IMG/VR virus record: IMGVR_UViG_3300047476_002124
Location: 4,133 to 68,132 of that record
Length of the DNA: 64,000 nt
Strand: one strand, 5' to 3'
From: a virus
Both the position numbers and the translations under genes were made by a program. The notes below the pieces were generated by a model. It searched no databases. It was not told the DNA's origin and saw only the letters and a list, made by a program, of their open reading frames with translations. Positions 18,910-30,000 of this stretch are shown here, piece after piece (positions within the stretch are counted from its first letter, which is position 1; each line of letters starts with the position of its first letter).

Positions 18910-19653
18910 ATGGACGAACAAACAAGAATATATTCACAACAAAATCTGACATTACCTCACGATGTGGTTCCTTTACCTTCAGAAGGTGTTTTTTATAAAA
19001 ACAAAAAGAAATCATTAAAAGTTGGTTATTTGACCGCTTCAGATGAAAACATACTTTTAGCGGGTGGAAATGATATAACTCTTACGTTGTTGAGAAATAA
19101 AATTTATGAACCAGACGTTAGGATTGAAGATTTGTTAGAAGGCGATGTGGAAGCTATTTTAGTTTTTTTAAGAAACACAGCTTTTGGACCCGACATGGAG
19201 ATAACACTTACAGACCCTAAAACATCTAATCAATTCAAGTCCACAGTCAAACTAGATACTTTACCGATTATTAAAGGTCAAGAACCATCAGAAGATGGAA
19301 CTTTTATAACAGTGTTACCAAAGTCTCAATCAACCGTTAAATTAAAGTTGTTAACTTATGGGGATGTTGTGGATATTAATAGGTTAAGTCAATCATATCC
19401 TCAAGGTAGGGTTTTTCCTAAAGTTACCTTGAGATTACAAAAACAAATAGTTGAACTGGATGGAAACCCTGATAAGGCAGAAATTGCTAAATTTGTGGAA
19501 CAAATGCCGATAATGGACTCAAAATACATACAAAAATTCTTAACGGAAAATGAACCAAAGTTAGATATGACTAAATATGTTACTACCCCATCAGGAGAAA
19601 AACTACAAGTTAATGTTGGTTTTGGGGTGGACTTTTTTCGCCCTTTCTTCTGA
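18910..19653 (+). CDS. Tail/baseplate-hub assembly chaperone (T4 gp26-like)
   Basis: VPLPSEGVFY, LTASDENIL, DLLEGDVEAILVFLRNTAFG and a C-terminal DFFRP; lies between the tube and tape measure genes. Confidence 0.75.
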   Translation: MDEQTRIYSQQNLTLPHDVVPLPSEGVFYKNKKKSLKVGYLTASDENILLAGGNDITLTLLRNKIYEPDVRIEDLLEGDVEAILVFLRNTAFGPDMEITLTDPKTSNQFKSTVKLDTLPIIKGQEPSEDGTFITVLPKSQSTVKLKLLTYGDVVDINRLSQSYPQGRVFPKVTLRLQKQIVELDGNPDKAEIAKFVEQMPIMDSKYIQKFLTENEPKLDMTKYVTTPSGEKLQVNVGFGVDFFRPFF

Positions 19654-19792
19654 TTATAGAAAAGGACAAATCGATGAATTTTATTATCTGACAACTTTAA
19701 TGAAAGTTAGTTGGTCTGATTTTGAAAAAATGCCAATTTTTATTAGGAAATACCTTTTAGAAAAATGGTTTGAATTAAACAATAAGGGTTGA
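19637..19792 (+). CDS. C-terminal extension of the tail chaperone (gp51/gpT-like), probably reached by a +1 frameshift
   Basis: The +1 frame reads FALSSDYRKGQIDEFYYLTTLMKVSWSDFEKMPIFIRKYLLEKW, including the (W)SDFxxMPxxxR motif of tail chaperone C-terminal domains; no convincing start codon of its own. Confidence 0.65.
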   Translation, partial: FALSSDYRKGQIDEFYYLTTLMKVSWSDFEKMPIFIRKYLLEKWFELNNKG

Positions 19793-19808
19793 AAATTCAA
19801 CCCTTATT
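19781..19808 (+). terminator. Hairpin/terminator overlapping the stop codon
   Basis: AATAAGGGTTGAA-aa-TTCAACCCTTATT inverted repeat. Confidence 0.6.
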
Positions 19809-19835
19809 CTATTTATATGAAATAAGTATTTTCCA

Positions 19836-21722
19836 ATGTATGATGAAGTAATGAAATTTTTGGCCCCTTTGGGACAAATTATACCAACAGGAGAAAGAGT
19901 CAAAGAGGTTATTAGAGATATAAGTGATGGTATAGAGGCAATGAACTATAGGTTCGTACAATCTAGACAAAGGGTTACGGAATTTAGTCAGGCAATTGGA
20001 GATACAGTTCCTTTGGTTGCAAAGTTAGGTGGAAACGCAGCAGATGTATCAAGAACAATAGATAGTGTAGCAGCTGCAACAAGAAGGAATGTAGTTGCTA
20101 GCTCTGATGAAATAACAAAATTATTTGCAGCGCAAAAGTTAACGGGTACCGACGCTCAGACTTTAGTTGATAAGTTTCAAAACGTGGGTGTGGGATTCTC
20201 ACAAATAGGTACACAATTAGAAGGGTCTATAAAATACATTCAAAGTGTGGGAGGAAACGCAAGAGACATAATGTCTCAAGTTAATGGAATTTTAGAAAAC
20301 GTAAACAAATATAACTTTCAGGACGGTGTATTAGGTTTGACAAGAATGGCAACCCAAGCACAACTTTTGAAGTTTGACATGAACCAAACATTGAGTCTTG
20401 CTGAAAAGGCTTTGACACCTGAAGGTGCAATAGAATTAGCATCGGCATTTCAAAGACTAGGAGTTTCCGTTGGAGACCTAACAGACCCATTCCAATTGAT
20501 GTATAAATCACTAAATGACCCTGAAGGTTTACAGGACAGTATCATCGAGATGACTAAAAAGTTTACTTTCTTCGATGAAAAGTCAAAATCTTTCAAAATA
20601 AATCCTGAGGGAATGTTAATGTTGAGGGAAATTGGTGCACAAGCCGGATTGAGTAGCGCCGAACTATCTAAAATGGCGGTCAATGCTGCGGAACTAGATG
20701 ATAGAATATCCAAAATTTCACCATCTTTTGAGTTCGAGTCAGAGGATGATAAGATGTATATTGCTAATATAGCAAAGATGGGTGCGGGAGGAGAATATGA
20801 AGTAACTATAAAGGACGAAAAAGGAAAACCACAACAAATACTTTTACAAGAGGCAACCAACGAACAACTTCAAGAATTAATTGACGCTCAAAGACAACAA
20901 CAAGATTTGACATTAGAAGAGTTACAAAAGGCTCAATTGGATTTATTACGTTTGATAGAGGGTGAGTTGATTTCTACAAGAGATAGTTATATTGCAGGTG
21001 CGGCAACATCAAATAAAATAGTAGAACTTCTACAAGGAAATCAACTCAGAGAAGGTGCTGTACAAGGTATTAGGAGATTTACAGAAGATAAAGGATTGAA
21101 CAAAACACCTGAAGATATAAGAAATAAAGTTGACGACGGGTTGGATGAAATTTTCAAACTGACTAAAAATTTCGTGGACAACGAAGGAAAGATATTTTTG
21201 GAATCAGTCAAACCAGTATTTAAAAAGTTAGCAGATACAATGGAAGAGGCCTTTAAACCACTAACAGAAAAAATCGAAGAAATATTAAAAAGAAATGGTA
21301 TGAATCTCCCAACAGGATTTTCTACTGGTGGGTATGTCAGTGGGCCAGGAAATGGGACATCTGATTCTATACCAACGTTATTAAGTAATGGAGAATTCGT
21401 TGTCAACGCGGAATCCACATCGGCATTCGGCTCGTTACTAGAAAATATAAATTCTAACCCCAATTATAATTTGACTGAGTTTACGAACGAGAAACTACAA
21501 CTCAGAAACACAAACGATATTGCTAATTCGACTACAATAACAAGTGGTAAATTAGAGTTCGGAGAAATACCTCCTTTGAGAGTAGTATTTGAAAAAGGAC
21601 CAGGGTTCACCGATAATGACATGGCGATGTTAGAATTCAATTTAGGAAAAGAATCAATAACACAACAACTAACACAAAGTATATCAGAAAAACTCAAGGT
21701 CATACAACAGAAAGAGTCGTAA
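19836..21722 (+). CDS. Tape measure protein
   Basis: Helical Ala/Gln/Leu-rich body, the C-terminal motif FSTGGYVSGPGNGTSDSIPTLLSNGEFVVNA, and position after the chaperone. Confidence 0.8.
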   Translation: MYDEVMKFLAPLGQIIPTGERVKEVIRDISDGIEAMNYRFVQSRQRVTEFSQAIGDTVPLVAKLGGNAADVSRTIDSVAAATRRNVVASSDEITKLFAAQKLTGTDAQTLVDKFQNVGVGFSQIGTQLEGSIKYIQSVGGNARDIMSQVNGILENVNKYNFQDGVLGLTRMATQAQLLKFDMNQTLSLAEKALTPEGAIELASAFQRLGVSVGDLTDPFQLMYKSLNDPEGLQDSIIEMTKKFTFFDEKSKSFKINPEGMLMLREIGAQAGLSSAELSKMAVNAAELDDRISKISPSFEFESEDDKMYIANIAKMGAGGEYEVTIKDEKGKPQQILLQEATNEQLQELIDAQRQQQDLTLEELQKAQLDLLRLIEGELISTRDSYIAGAATSNKIVELLQGNQLREGAVQGIRRFTEDKGLNKTPEDIRNKVDDGLDEIFKLTKNFVDNEGKIFLESVKPVFKKLADTMEEAFKPLTEKIEEILKRNGMNLPTGFSTGGYVSGPGNGTSDSIPTLLSNGEFVVNAESTSAFGSLLENINSNPNYNLTEFTNEKLQLRNTNDIANSTTITSGKLEFGEIPPLRVVFEKGPGFTDNDMAMLEFNLGKESITQQLTQSISEKLKVIQQKES

Positions 21723-21762
21723 TAAAAAAATGTTAGTTAGCTATTTATTATAAAATAGTTGA

Positions 21763-24700
21763 ATGGCAAGTCCATTATTAGTTACATCAGAGGGTTTTAG
21801 GAAAAAAATTCTTGTTAAGAATTTGACACCATATAACAAGTCACCTAGGAAAATTGTGCCACCTGTTGACTATCCTGCAAATATATCTGATTTAGCAGTT
21901 AAAGATTCACCCGATGATTTAATAGATACACCTATATTTGCCAAAGACCTATACACTAAAAACCAATATGGTGCTGAAGGTGGGTATAAGCAAGTACCCG
22001 ACCCTGGTGCATTATTAAATACAAAGTCTAATCAAGGTGAGTACGGACCAGGACAGCAAGACGCACACATAGTAGACCAAAGCGCTGTTGCTGCCCAGAC
22101 AGGTTTTGCAGGAGTTTCTCCTGCATGGAAACCTTTGAATGCATATAGTAATGGGACAACATTAATAGATTCGGCAGAAGCCTTTTCAAGTTTGGATATT
22201 GTATATCCAAATGGAGGTAGAAGACCAAACGCTCAACCATACCCAACCACATTTAACCCTTCTTCTTATAGTCCTATTTCAATACTTTTATCACCAGACC
22301 CACAGGGTAGTGATGGATTATTAAGTTCAGACTCCTACATTGCAAGATTAGGTGCAACAATTCTGAGAAAAGAATTCGAAGTAAGAATTGCAACTGAAAT
22401 TAGGCAAAATACAATAGGAAGAGCTAACATTTTTAATACAAGAAGTGGTACTGATTTATTGAATATAGTTACAGGAAGGGTACCTTTGATAGAACCTAAC
22501 TATAGAATTACAGTACCGGCAAATCCTGTTTTAGCTGCCACTGATTTTGCATTGAGATTGGCGGGAAGTATACTCCCTGTGTCACCTATAGTAGGTTCGT
22601 ATTGGGACACTAGTATAAATTCTGGACAACCAACCACAATACAACAATTGAATAATGCATTCAAGAGAAGTGGAGTTGGAAAATTCTTTTCAAGGGTTTT
22701 AGGGTTTGATAAAACAGGTTCACAGTTATTTTTAAACAATACAGGTGGAGGACAAAAATCTAGGTTGTTTGATAACTTGGATTATAATAGATATAAACCT
22801 AATTACCCAAGAACTATACTAGATAGGCTCGGAGGTGCAATTGTAGGCACCTCAGTTTCTGTTAGTGATTACTATGTAGGTTCCATTACATCCGACCCAT
22901 CGAGAGTATTTTCTCCTGGTGGTGATTTACCCGTTGATAGTTTTGCTAGAGAGGTTGGAACTCCAGTGTACGGCCCGACTGAGTTGGCTCAACTATATGA
23001 AGGACCCTCCCAAAGTGTTAGGCTCGGAGCAAACGGTCCAACGTATGGTAACGGTGGAGGAATTGAGGGTGGATTTACATGGGTATCTCCAAAATATAGA
23101 GGTAATGCTGGTAAAAAAGTCGGACCCGGAGGAGAAATAATTCAACAAGACGAAGACTTTAAACCATCATCATACAACTCAACCGAGTCAACAAATAATG
23201 AATTCAGGGACGGTTCCATATTGGACGACACACAAAGAATAATTGATAGCCAACCATCTGGAGGTAGAAGATTACAACACGTAGGAAATGCTATTGACCA
23301 AGTAAGTAAAGTTTTCCATGATGGGTATAAAGAAATTACTAAGGGTTCTAAAATCATAAAATACACCGGCTCAATAGGACAAGAAGTTGGATATGAATAT
23401 TGTAGAATTTTCACGAAAGATGTACCATATCTTCAGTACAATGATTTACAAAAGGTTGACGGTATTACAACATCTGGTAGAAAGATATCCTACTCTGTTT
23501 TGGATAATACATACAACCTTAATATATTCCCTAATAAAAAAGACAGTGCTGGAAACTCAACTAATTTAGTGGGTGATAACAACAACACCTTTTATGCTAA
23601 AAAATATATGTTCTCCATAGAAAATTTAGCATGGAGAACTTCGTCAACACCTGGTTATACTGTTTCTGATTTACCTGTTTGCGAAAGAGGTTCTAATGGC
23701 GGTAGAGTAATGTGGTTTCCACCATACGATTTAAAATTCACAGAAAGTAATTCTGCTTCATGGAAAGACACTTCGTTCATCGGGAGACCAGAACCTATTT
23801 ACACCTACTCTAACACAAGAAGGACAGGTACTTTGTCATGGAAGATAGTTGTTGACCACCCTTCAGTTTTGAACCTGATTGTTAATAAAGTTTTGACGAA
23901 CGAAACTAACAACTCAAGAATTGACAACATGATTAACTCTTTCTTTGCAGGATGTTTGAAATATGACTTATATGAGTTAGCTGAAAAATATCCGTTAGCA
24001 AATCCAAATGAGTTATATAATATTCAGAGAGAATTGGATTTGGGTCAACTAAGTAAAGAACAACTTGGTACGGTGAAAGACACCCTATCAAGTGGGAATG
24101 ACTCACCAACAGGGGAAGATGTGAGTGTTAAAAGTAATACGGAACTTAAATCCAATAACATAAAAACCGCTCTTACGGGTATAGGGTTCTATTTTGAAAA
24201 CGAACAACCAACAGGAAACTCATCATTTTCAACATTATATGAAACTTATATTACGAGGAAACCAGTTATTGTAAGTCAATCGCCTACAGTAACCGACCCA
24301 TACAATAGTAGTCCGCAACAAGTCGAGAGTTTTTTCGATAATGTGATTAAATGGAATTACGAACAATTCAATAAAAATCTTATTGAAATATATAACGGAT
24401 TACTTAGTGGTAACATAGATAAGGTTACCTTTAATCTTGCGGGTACGACAAGTAGTTCGACTAACAGGTCTTACAACAGAAGAATCAATGAAAGTAGAAT
24501 TGAATCAATAAAAACTTATATCAATGCATTTAAACCAGGAGGACAACAAAAAACTTTGGAACAAATTGCAAATTCAAAAATTACTTTTGTTACAGTTTCA
24601 GAGGAATCCAGTGCTGCGGTAAAATCTAATTCGGGATATGGTGCATCATATATGTGTGGTGAAAAAGATACCAAAAAAACTGATGCAACTGTAGTTAATA

Positions 24701-26769
24701 CAGTTAATGCTATGGCTTGTAGAAGAATAGTGATTTCATCTATAAATGTACAACAGAAAGTACCTGTGGCACAAAATCCTGCGAACTCAAAACAAGAAGT
24801 AGTTACGTCTCAAAATGGAACTACAAATGTAATACAGAATACAAATGTAAACAGAAGCCTCCCAACAAAAAATCTTTCCAAAAAGGTTTTGAGACTTTTA
24901 CTTTCTGAGTGTGATTATTTTGAATCGATAAAAGAAGACACACCGATGGTTTATGACAATTTGAAAGAAAAGTTAAAATTCTTTAATCCTGCCTTTCACT
25001 CAACAACACCAGAGGGTTTAAACTCTAGGTTAACCTTTTTAAATCAGTGTTTAAGACCTGGTGAAACTATTCCTGTGGTTAAAAGTGTAAACGGTAAAAC
25101 AGAATTACAATATAATAACGCGGTCAATACTTCATTCGGTGCACCTCCTGTATTGGTTTTGAGGGTCGGTGATTTTTATAATACCAAAATAATACCTGAC
25201 ACCCTGAATATAACTTACGAAGGGTTAGACCTTAATCCTGAGGGAATTGGTGTCCAACCTATGATAGCAAATGTAAGTTTAAGTTTCAAATTTGTTGGTG
25301 GTAGTGGTATTAAAGACGCGGTTGATAGATTACAAAATGCACTTTCGTTCAACTATTACGCAAACACAGAAGTCTATGATGATAGAGCGGAAGCAACTGG
25401 ATATGATAAAACAACTCAAGACCTTGACACTTTATTTGCATCGATATATGAACCAACTCCTGCTCCACCTACAACAAACGAAGTACAAAATAACGATGGG
25501 CAAAAAAATGGTGGAACTATTGGTGAAATAATATCAAGTGAAACAACGGAAAATGGTGTTTCAGGTCAAATATCATACGAGAAATATTTCTCAACTTTAT
25601 CGGACAAAACACAAGAATACTTCAGAAATGTTGTAAATAAAAACAAAGAAGTTCTATCGCAATATAACGAAGCCGTCAGACAGGTTTTCACCCTTACTAG
25701 AAATTATGCTAATGGTGAAATATTGGGTGTTGGAGGTGATTACGGAATGATTTTTGGTAAACCGGCAAACTATCAGTCAAACGTTGATACAGTTTTAAAT
25801 GACCTAATTTCAGACATCCAAAGTGGAGATGATAAATTTATTGAATTCATTTCGTCTAAAGGGTTTTCAAATAAAGCAATAAGAGCGATAAAAAATAACT
25901 ATAAGAATTTCATAATTCAAAAAAAATCAACATTTTCCAATGCGTTAAGTAAGATAGTTCAAGATTTCACAGTATTACAGCAAAACTATGTTATTGAACT
26001 TGCAAAACTGAATATAATAACTTATGGACAATTGGATGGTATTACTGAAATTTCAGGTACCGACGGATATCAAGAAAAAAATAATAATATAATTGTTTAT
26101 TATACATCAGGAACATCTTTGGCTAATTTAGTTACCGATGCAAAAACAGTTAGAGGTTCTCTAATAGATTTTGCAAGAAAAACACAGGAATCTGTTTCAT
26201 TCAATTTTAAAGGGAATACATTTTCAAACAGACTTGTAAGAAGTAATAACGATAAGTTTAAAAGCAACGCAATTTTTTTACAAGTCAGAAACTTAGATTC
26301 GGGCAAAGCTTTTGATAACGTGAACTTTCAGAGACAATATTTTGTTTTGAACAGTGAAGTTGTTGATTTAAACAAATATCAAGCTTTCAAAAGTTTTTTA
26401 ATTGATAATATAATCAATACAAAGTCTTTGATGGAAAACGGAAATACCAATTTGTCTGAAATGTTTGATGAATATTGGTCAAATCAAACAAGGCCAATCT
26501 TTGTTGCGGAAAACGAAAGTGCTTTGGAGTTTATAAATTATGTGGAAAATAATACACTTAAAGAGTATATTAATTATACTGCTTTGAAAGGACAAAAAGA
26601 CAAAACTTTATTTTTTAGTAATAATCCAAATACAAGTGAAGATAGTTTGAAAAACAACAGGAAAAATCTAATTAGTTCCATAGGAAAAACTACGAACAGT
26701 AACACCAAAAAAACAACATTTAACGACCGAGATGGAAGTATAAACATTACAAAAGTTAAATTAAACTAA
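21763..26769 (+). CDS. Large baseplate/tube-initiator-like protein with internal OmpA-like domain
   Basis: Tube-initiator-like segments (W..TSFIGRPEPIYTYSNTRRTGTLSWKIVVD and APPVLVLRVGDFYNTKII...PMIANVSLSF) flank an OmpA-like segment (FYFEN...LAGTTSS...YNRRINESRIESIK...ACRRIVI). Confidence 0.6.
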   Translation: MASPLLVTSEGFRKKILVKNLTPYNKSPRKIVPPVDYPANISDLAVKDSPDDLIDTPIFAKDLYTKNQYGAEGGYKQVPDPGALLNTKSNQGEYGPGQQDAHIVDQSAVAAQTGFAGVSPAWKPLNAYSNGTTLIDSAEAFSSLDIVYPNGGRRPNAQPYPTTFNPSSYSPISILLSPDPQGSDGLLSSDSYIARLGATILRKEFEVRIATEIRQNTIGRANIFNTRSGTDLLNIVTGRVPLIEPNYRITVPANPVLAATDFALRLAGSILPVSPIVGSYWDTSINSGQPTTIQQLNNAFKRSGVGKFFSRVLGFDKTGSQLFLNNTGGGQKSRLFDNLDYNRYKPNYPRTILDRLGGAIVGTSVSVSDYYVGSITSDPSRVFSPGGDLPVDSFAREVGTPVYGPTELAQLYEGPSQSVRLGANGPTYGNGGGIEGGFTWVSPKYRGNAGKKVGPGGEIIQQDEDFKPSSYNSTESTNNEFRDGSILDDTQRIIDSQPSGGRRLQHVGNAIDQVSKVFHDGYKEITKGSKIIKYTGSIGQEVGYEYCRIFTKDVPYLQYNDLQKVDGITTSGRKISYSVLDNTYNLNIFPNKKDSAGNSTNLVGDNNNTFYAKKYMFSIENLAWRTSSTPGYTVSDLPVCERGSNGGRVMWFPPYDLKFTESNSASWKDTSFIGRPEPIYTYSNTRRTGTLSWKIVVDHPSVLNLIVNKVLTNETNNSRIDNMINSFFAGCLKYDLYELAEKYPLANPNELYNIQRELDLGQLSKEQLGTVKDTLSSGNDSPTGEDVSVKSNTELKSNNIKTALTGIGFYFENEQPTGNSSFSTLYETYITRKPVIVSQSPTVTDPYNSSPQQVESFFDNVIKWNYEQFNKNLIEIYNGLLSGNIDKVTFNLAGTTSSSTNRSYNRRINESRIESIKTYINAFKPGGQQKTLEQIANSKITFVTVSEESSAAVKSNSGYGASYMCGEKDTKKTDATVVNTVNAMACRRIVISSINVQQKVPVAQNPANSKQEVVTSQNGTTNVIQNTNVNRSLPTKNLSKKVLRLLLSECDYFESIKEDTPMVYDNLKEKLKFFNPAFHSTTPEGLNSRLTFLNQCLRPGETIPVVKSVNGKTELQYNNAVNTSFGAPPVLVLRVGDFYNTKIIPDTLNITYEGLDLNPEGIGVQPMIANVSLSFKFVGGSGIKDAVDRLQNALSFNYYANTEVYDDRAEATGYDKTTQDLDTLFASIYEPTPAPPTTNEVQNNDGQKNGGTIGEIISSETTENGVSGQISYEKYFSTLSDKTQEYFRNVVNKNKEVLSQYNEAVRQVFTLTRNYANGEILGVGGDYGMIFGKPANYQSNVDTVLNDLISDIQSGDDKFIEFISSKGFSNKAIRAIKNNYKNFIIQKKSTFSNALSKIVQDFTVLQQNYVIELAKLNIITYGQLDGITEISGTDGYQEKNNNIIVYYTSGTSLANLVTDAKTVRGSLIDFARKTQESVSFNFKGNTFSNRLVRSNNDKFKSNAIFLQVRNLDSGKAFDNVNFQRQYFVLNSEVVDLNKYQAFKSFLIDNIINTKSLMENGNTNLSEMFDEYWSNQTRPIFVAENESALEFINYVENNTLKEYINYTALKGQKDKTLFFSNNPNTSEDSLKNNRKNLISSIGKTTNSNTKKTTFNDRDGSINITKVKLN

Positions 26770-27092
26770 TGGGATTTCCTTATTACAATAGATACTCGAC
26801 TTTCCTAATTAATGGTGAACAGACGGTGGTTCCTTATGTTACTGTTCCAAATAAAACTAGTGACAAAACCTATATCTATAAAGTAGGTAGAAGTAGATTA
26901 GATAAAGTATCACAAGAATTTTATGGTACCCCATATTTCGGATGGTTGATATTACAAGCAAATCCGCAATTTGGTGGTTTAGAAAATTATATTTATGACG
27001 GTGCGATATTGACAATTCCTTTTCCGCTTATACCATCTTTACAGGATTATAAAGGTGCTCTAGAAAATCATTTCTATTATTATGGCAGATAA
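26769..27092 (+). CDS. LysM-like baseplate protein (T4 gp53 / P2 gpX-like)
   Basis: RLDKVSQEFYGTPYFGWLILQANP...GAILTIP. Confidence 0.8.
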   Translation: MGFPYYNRYSTFLINGEQTVVPYVTVPNKTSDKTYIYKVGRSRLDKVSQEFYGTPYFGWLILQANPQFGGLENYIYDGAILTIPFPLIPSLQDYKGALENHFYYYGR

Positions 27093-30000
27093 CTTTTTAT
27101 CGGACACTAGTGGTAATATATTAGTTGAATTTGATTACAACAATATAATTGTGGTTGACCCCAACAAAACTATTGACGGACAAGGTAACGTTAAAGAAAG
27201 ATTGGTTGACCATGAGAACTTGGTTATGTTCGTGAATTTAGAAGCCGAAGTTTTACCAAGAACTAAGTTAGCTGTGGGGGGTAGTCCGACAGATGTTGCA
27301 ACAACAGTATCAATTGCAAAAATTAATTTTTTAAAACCAAACAAAGATAACTTTTTCTCGACACAATATTATGATGAGTTGACGGGAAATAATACAAATA
27401 AAGGGTTAGGACAAAACCAACCAACAGAAACTTTGGAATCTGGTCCTAATCAAAAACGAGCATACATTAAAACTGGAGTTATTTCCAACGGTATTGATGG
27501 TTCGGTAGATAACGGTCTTTTAGGTATAACAAGTATTAATATTAAGATGGGTACATCATTCATCCCTTCTGTAGACATAGAACTTGAAGATGTACAAGGA
27601 AGAGCATTATTCCAACTTGGAGACAAATCTCCATATGCAGCTTTTTTTAATTTACCATACCCACCATTTTATCTAACAATAAAAGGATATTATGGGCAGG
27701 CAGTAAGGTATCAATTAAATCTACAAAAATTTAATGCAAGATTTAATTCGTTCAGTGGAAATTACCAAGTCCAACTTAATTTGAAAGGATACAAGTTCAA
27801 CATTTTGAACGAAATCGAAATGGGAAGTCTCTTTGCGGCACCACACATGTATTCTACAAGATATGATATATCAAGTAGTTCAAATCCTACAGTAAACACC
27901 TCACTGAATTCTCAATCGACTGGAACTACACCCATATTGAACGCAAACGATACTCAAGTAAATGTAGAATCTATTGTAACCGAGAAAGGGTATGAAAAAA
28001 TACTTGAGGTTTATAGTGAGTATAAAGCTAAAGGACTATTGGTACCTGATTTTCCCGAACTTACATTGGCTCAATTCATGAACAAGATTGATTTGTTTGA
28101 AACAAATGTGTTGGAAACATATCCTAAAACAAATGTACAACCACTCACCGATTGTAGAAACTTCAAAACAATTTTGAAATCTTATTACGGAAAAGTTTAT
28201 CAAGATTCAAACTCGTGGTTTAACAAATGGATGAATCCGAAACCGTTAATAGGAAAACAAGGACAACTCTACTACGTATTCAAAAGTTTCACAGCAAATG
28301 AAAAACTAGCGGCGGAAAATGAATTGAAAAAAATCATCAAAGACTACAAAAACAAACTTGATGACACAGGTGTGTTGGGAAGTTTAGGAAGAACTCCTGT
28401 TGAAAACAATATTAAGGAATCTGATATTATTTTAGAAAACTTCAATATTCTTGCTAATATTGATGAAGAAAAGACAGTACAATCAATTACAGGAGTGGTA
28501 AGACCGAATGTTGATTCTGAATCATTTACCAAGGCAAGAGAGATTATTTCACAACTATATAAGATAACAATAATCACAGACCCAAACTCCGATAGTCAAA
28601 CATCAAAAACTGATTTGAAAAAAGAATCAGTTTTCCGATTTGATTTATTCACAAAAGAAATACAAATAATGGAGGCTGAGGCAAACAGAAAGTTAGGTGA
28701 GTATGAAACTCTAATTACTGAGGACTTGGCTAGAAAGTTAGAGGATGATAGATTAGGAATTGGTTTTTTACCTACAGTAAGAAATGTTAGTGCGATTATA
28801 ATGGCTTCCGCTGAAGGGTTCATAAGACTGATGGATGAGGTGCATACTAACGCTTGGAAAAAAGTTAATGATGAAACGAGAAGACGAGTTATTACACAAA
28901 ACACATCTTCAGCACCAAGTCCTGATACAAAAAATATTGTTAATAAACGTGCATCTGAACTTGCAACAGAATCTCAGATACCTGTATATCCATGGCCACA
29001 ATTTTTTGTAGAAACACCGGATGATAAAAAAGGAAGATTCCAACTTAGATATTTGGCAGACCCGTCTGTCGTGGCGTTGACTCAAGGAAACAGATATGAT
29101 ATTTGGCCTGAAGTTGAATTTGTTGAGGAATATTTGAAAGGGCTGACCCAAAAGTTTGACCCCCCGATGGCACAACCACCATCGAATAATTCGAATATTA
29201 CTAATTTAATTAATATCAACGCTATTGAATTTCCGCAAAATAATTTGGCATACAGGAATAAAGAAGAAATAAAATTTTTCTACGAGATATTCGAAAGACA
29301 ATTTGTTACTTCACATTACACAGGTCTCAGTAGAATTAAAGACGACAATCCTTTTTTAACTACACTGTTGAATTCATTGAGAGACTATGAAACTCAAAAC
29401 ATTATTAGTAGTTTGGGTATCAGTAGTCCAAACCTAACATTCAAATTGAAAAATTATGTTTTCGATTCTGTTAACTATGAAGATAAACTTAGGGAGTTTT
29501 CGAACCAAGGAACAGGAAGAAGTTATCAAGATTTTATAAGAGATTTTCTTGTAACACCTTATCTCAGAACTTTGACCGATAAGTCCTTTTCTATATTAAA
29601 TTTGGACGACGAAGGGGCAATCCCACAAAATAGCTTAGCTAACGTCGCAGTTCAAATACAAGAAGTATTAAATAACGCACCCAATAATACAACTATAATG
29701 GACATATATCCATTCACAGATGAAGAATGGACCGAAAAAAATATGGTGCAAATTAATCAGCATCAAAACGGGTTAGTTTTCAATACCAACAAAACATTGA
29801 CAGTATATAAGCCGAGAAACGTGATTTCAAATTTCACAAATATGACGGACTATACTGTTGCAAGACCGGTGACTAACTTCAATTATACACAACCAATATC
29901 ATCATTTGTTAGTCCTGTAACATTTAATTATGGAAGGTCTGCGTCACAATTAATTCCTACCGAGGGCTATGTGGTAACAAATGTTCCGTCACTTGATAAT

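Noticed and set aside
19577-19636. Independent ATG start for the 71-aa ORF
   Set aside because: MLLPHQEKNYKLMLVLGWT lies inside the chaperone coding region and looks non-conserved; the chaperone-like sequence begins only at the slippery site.
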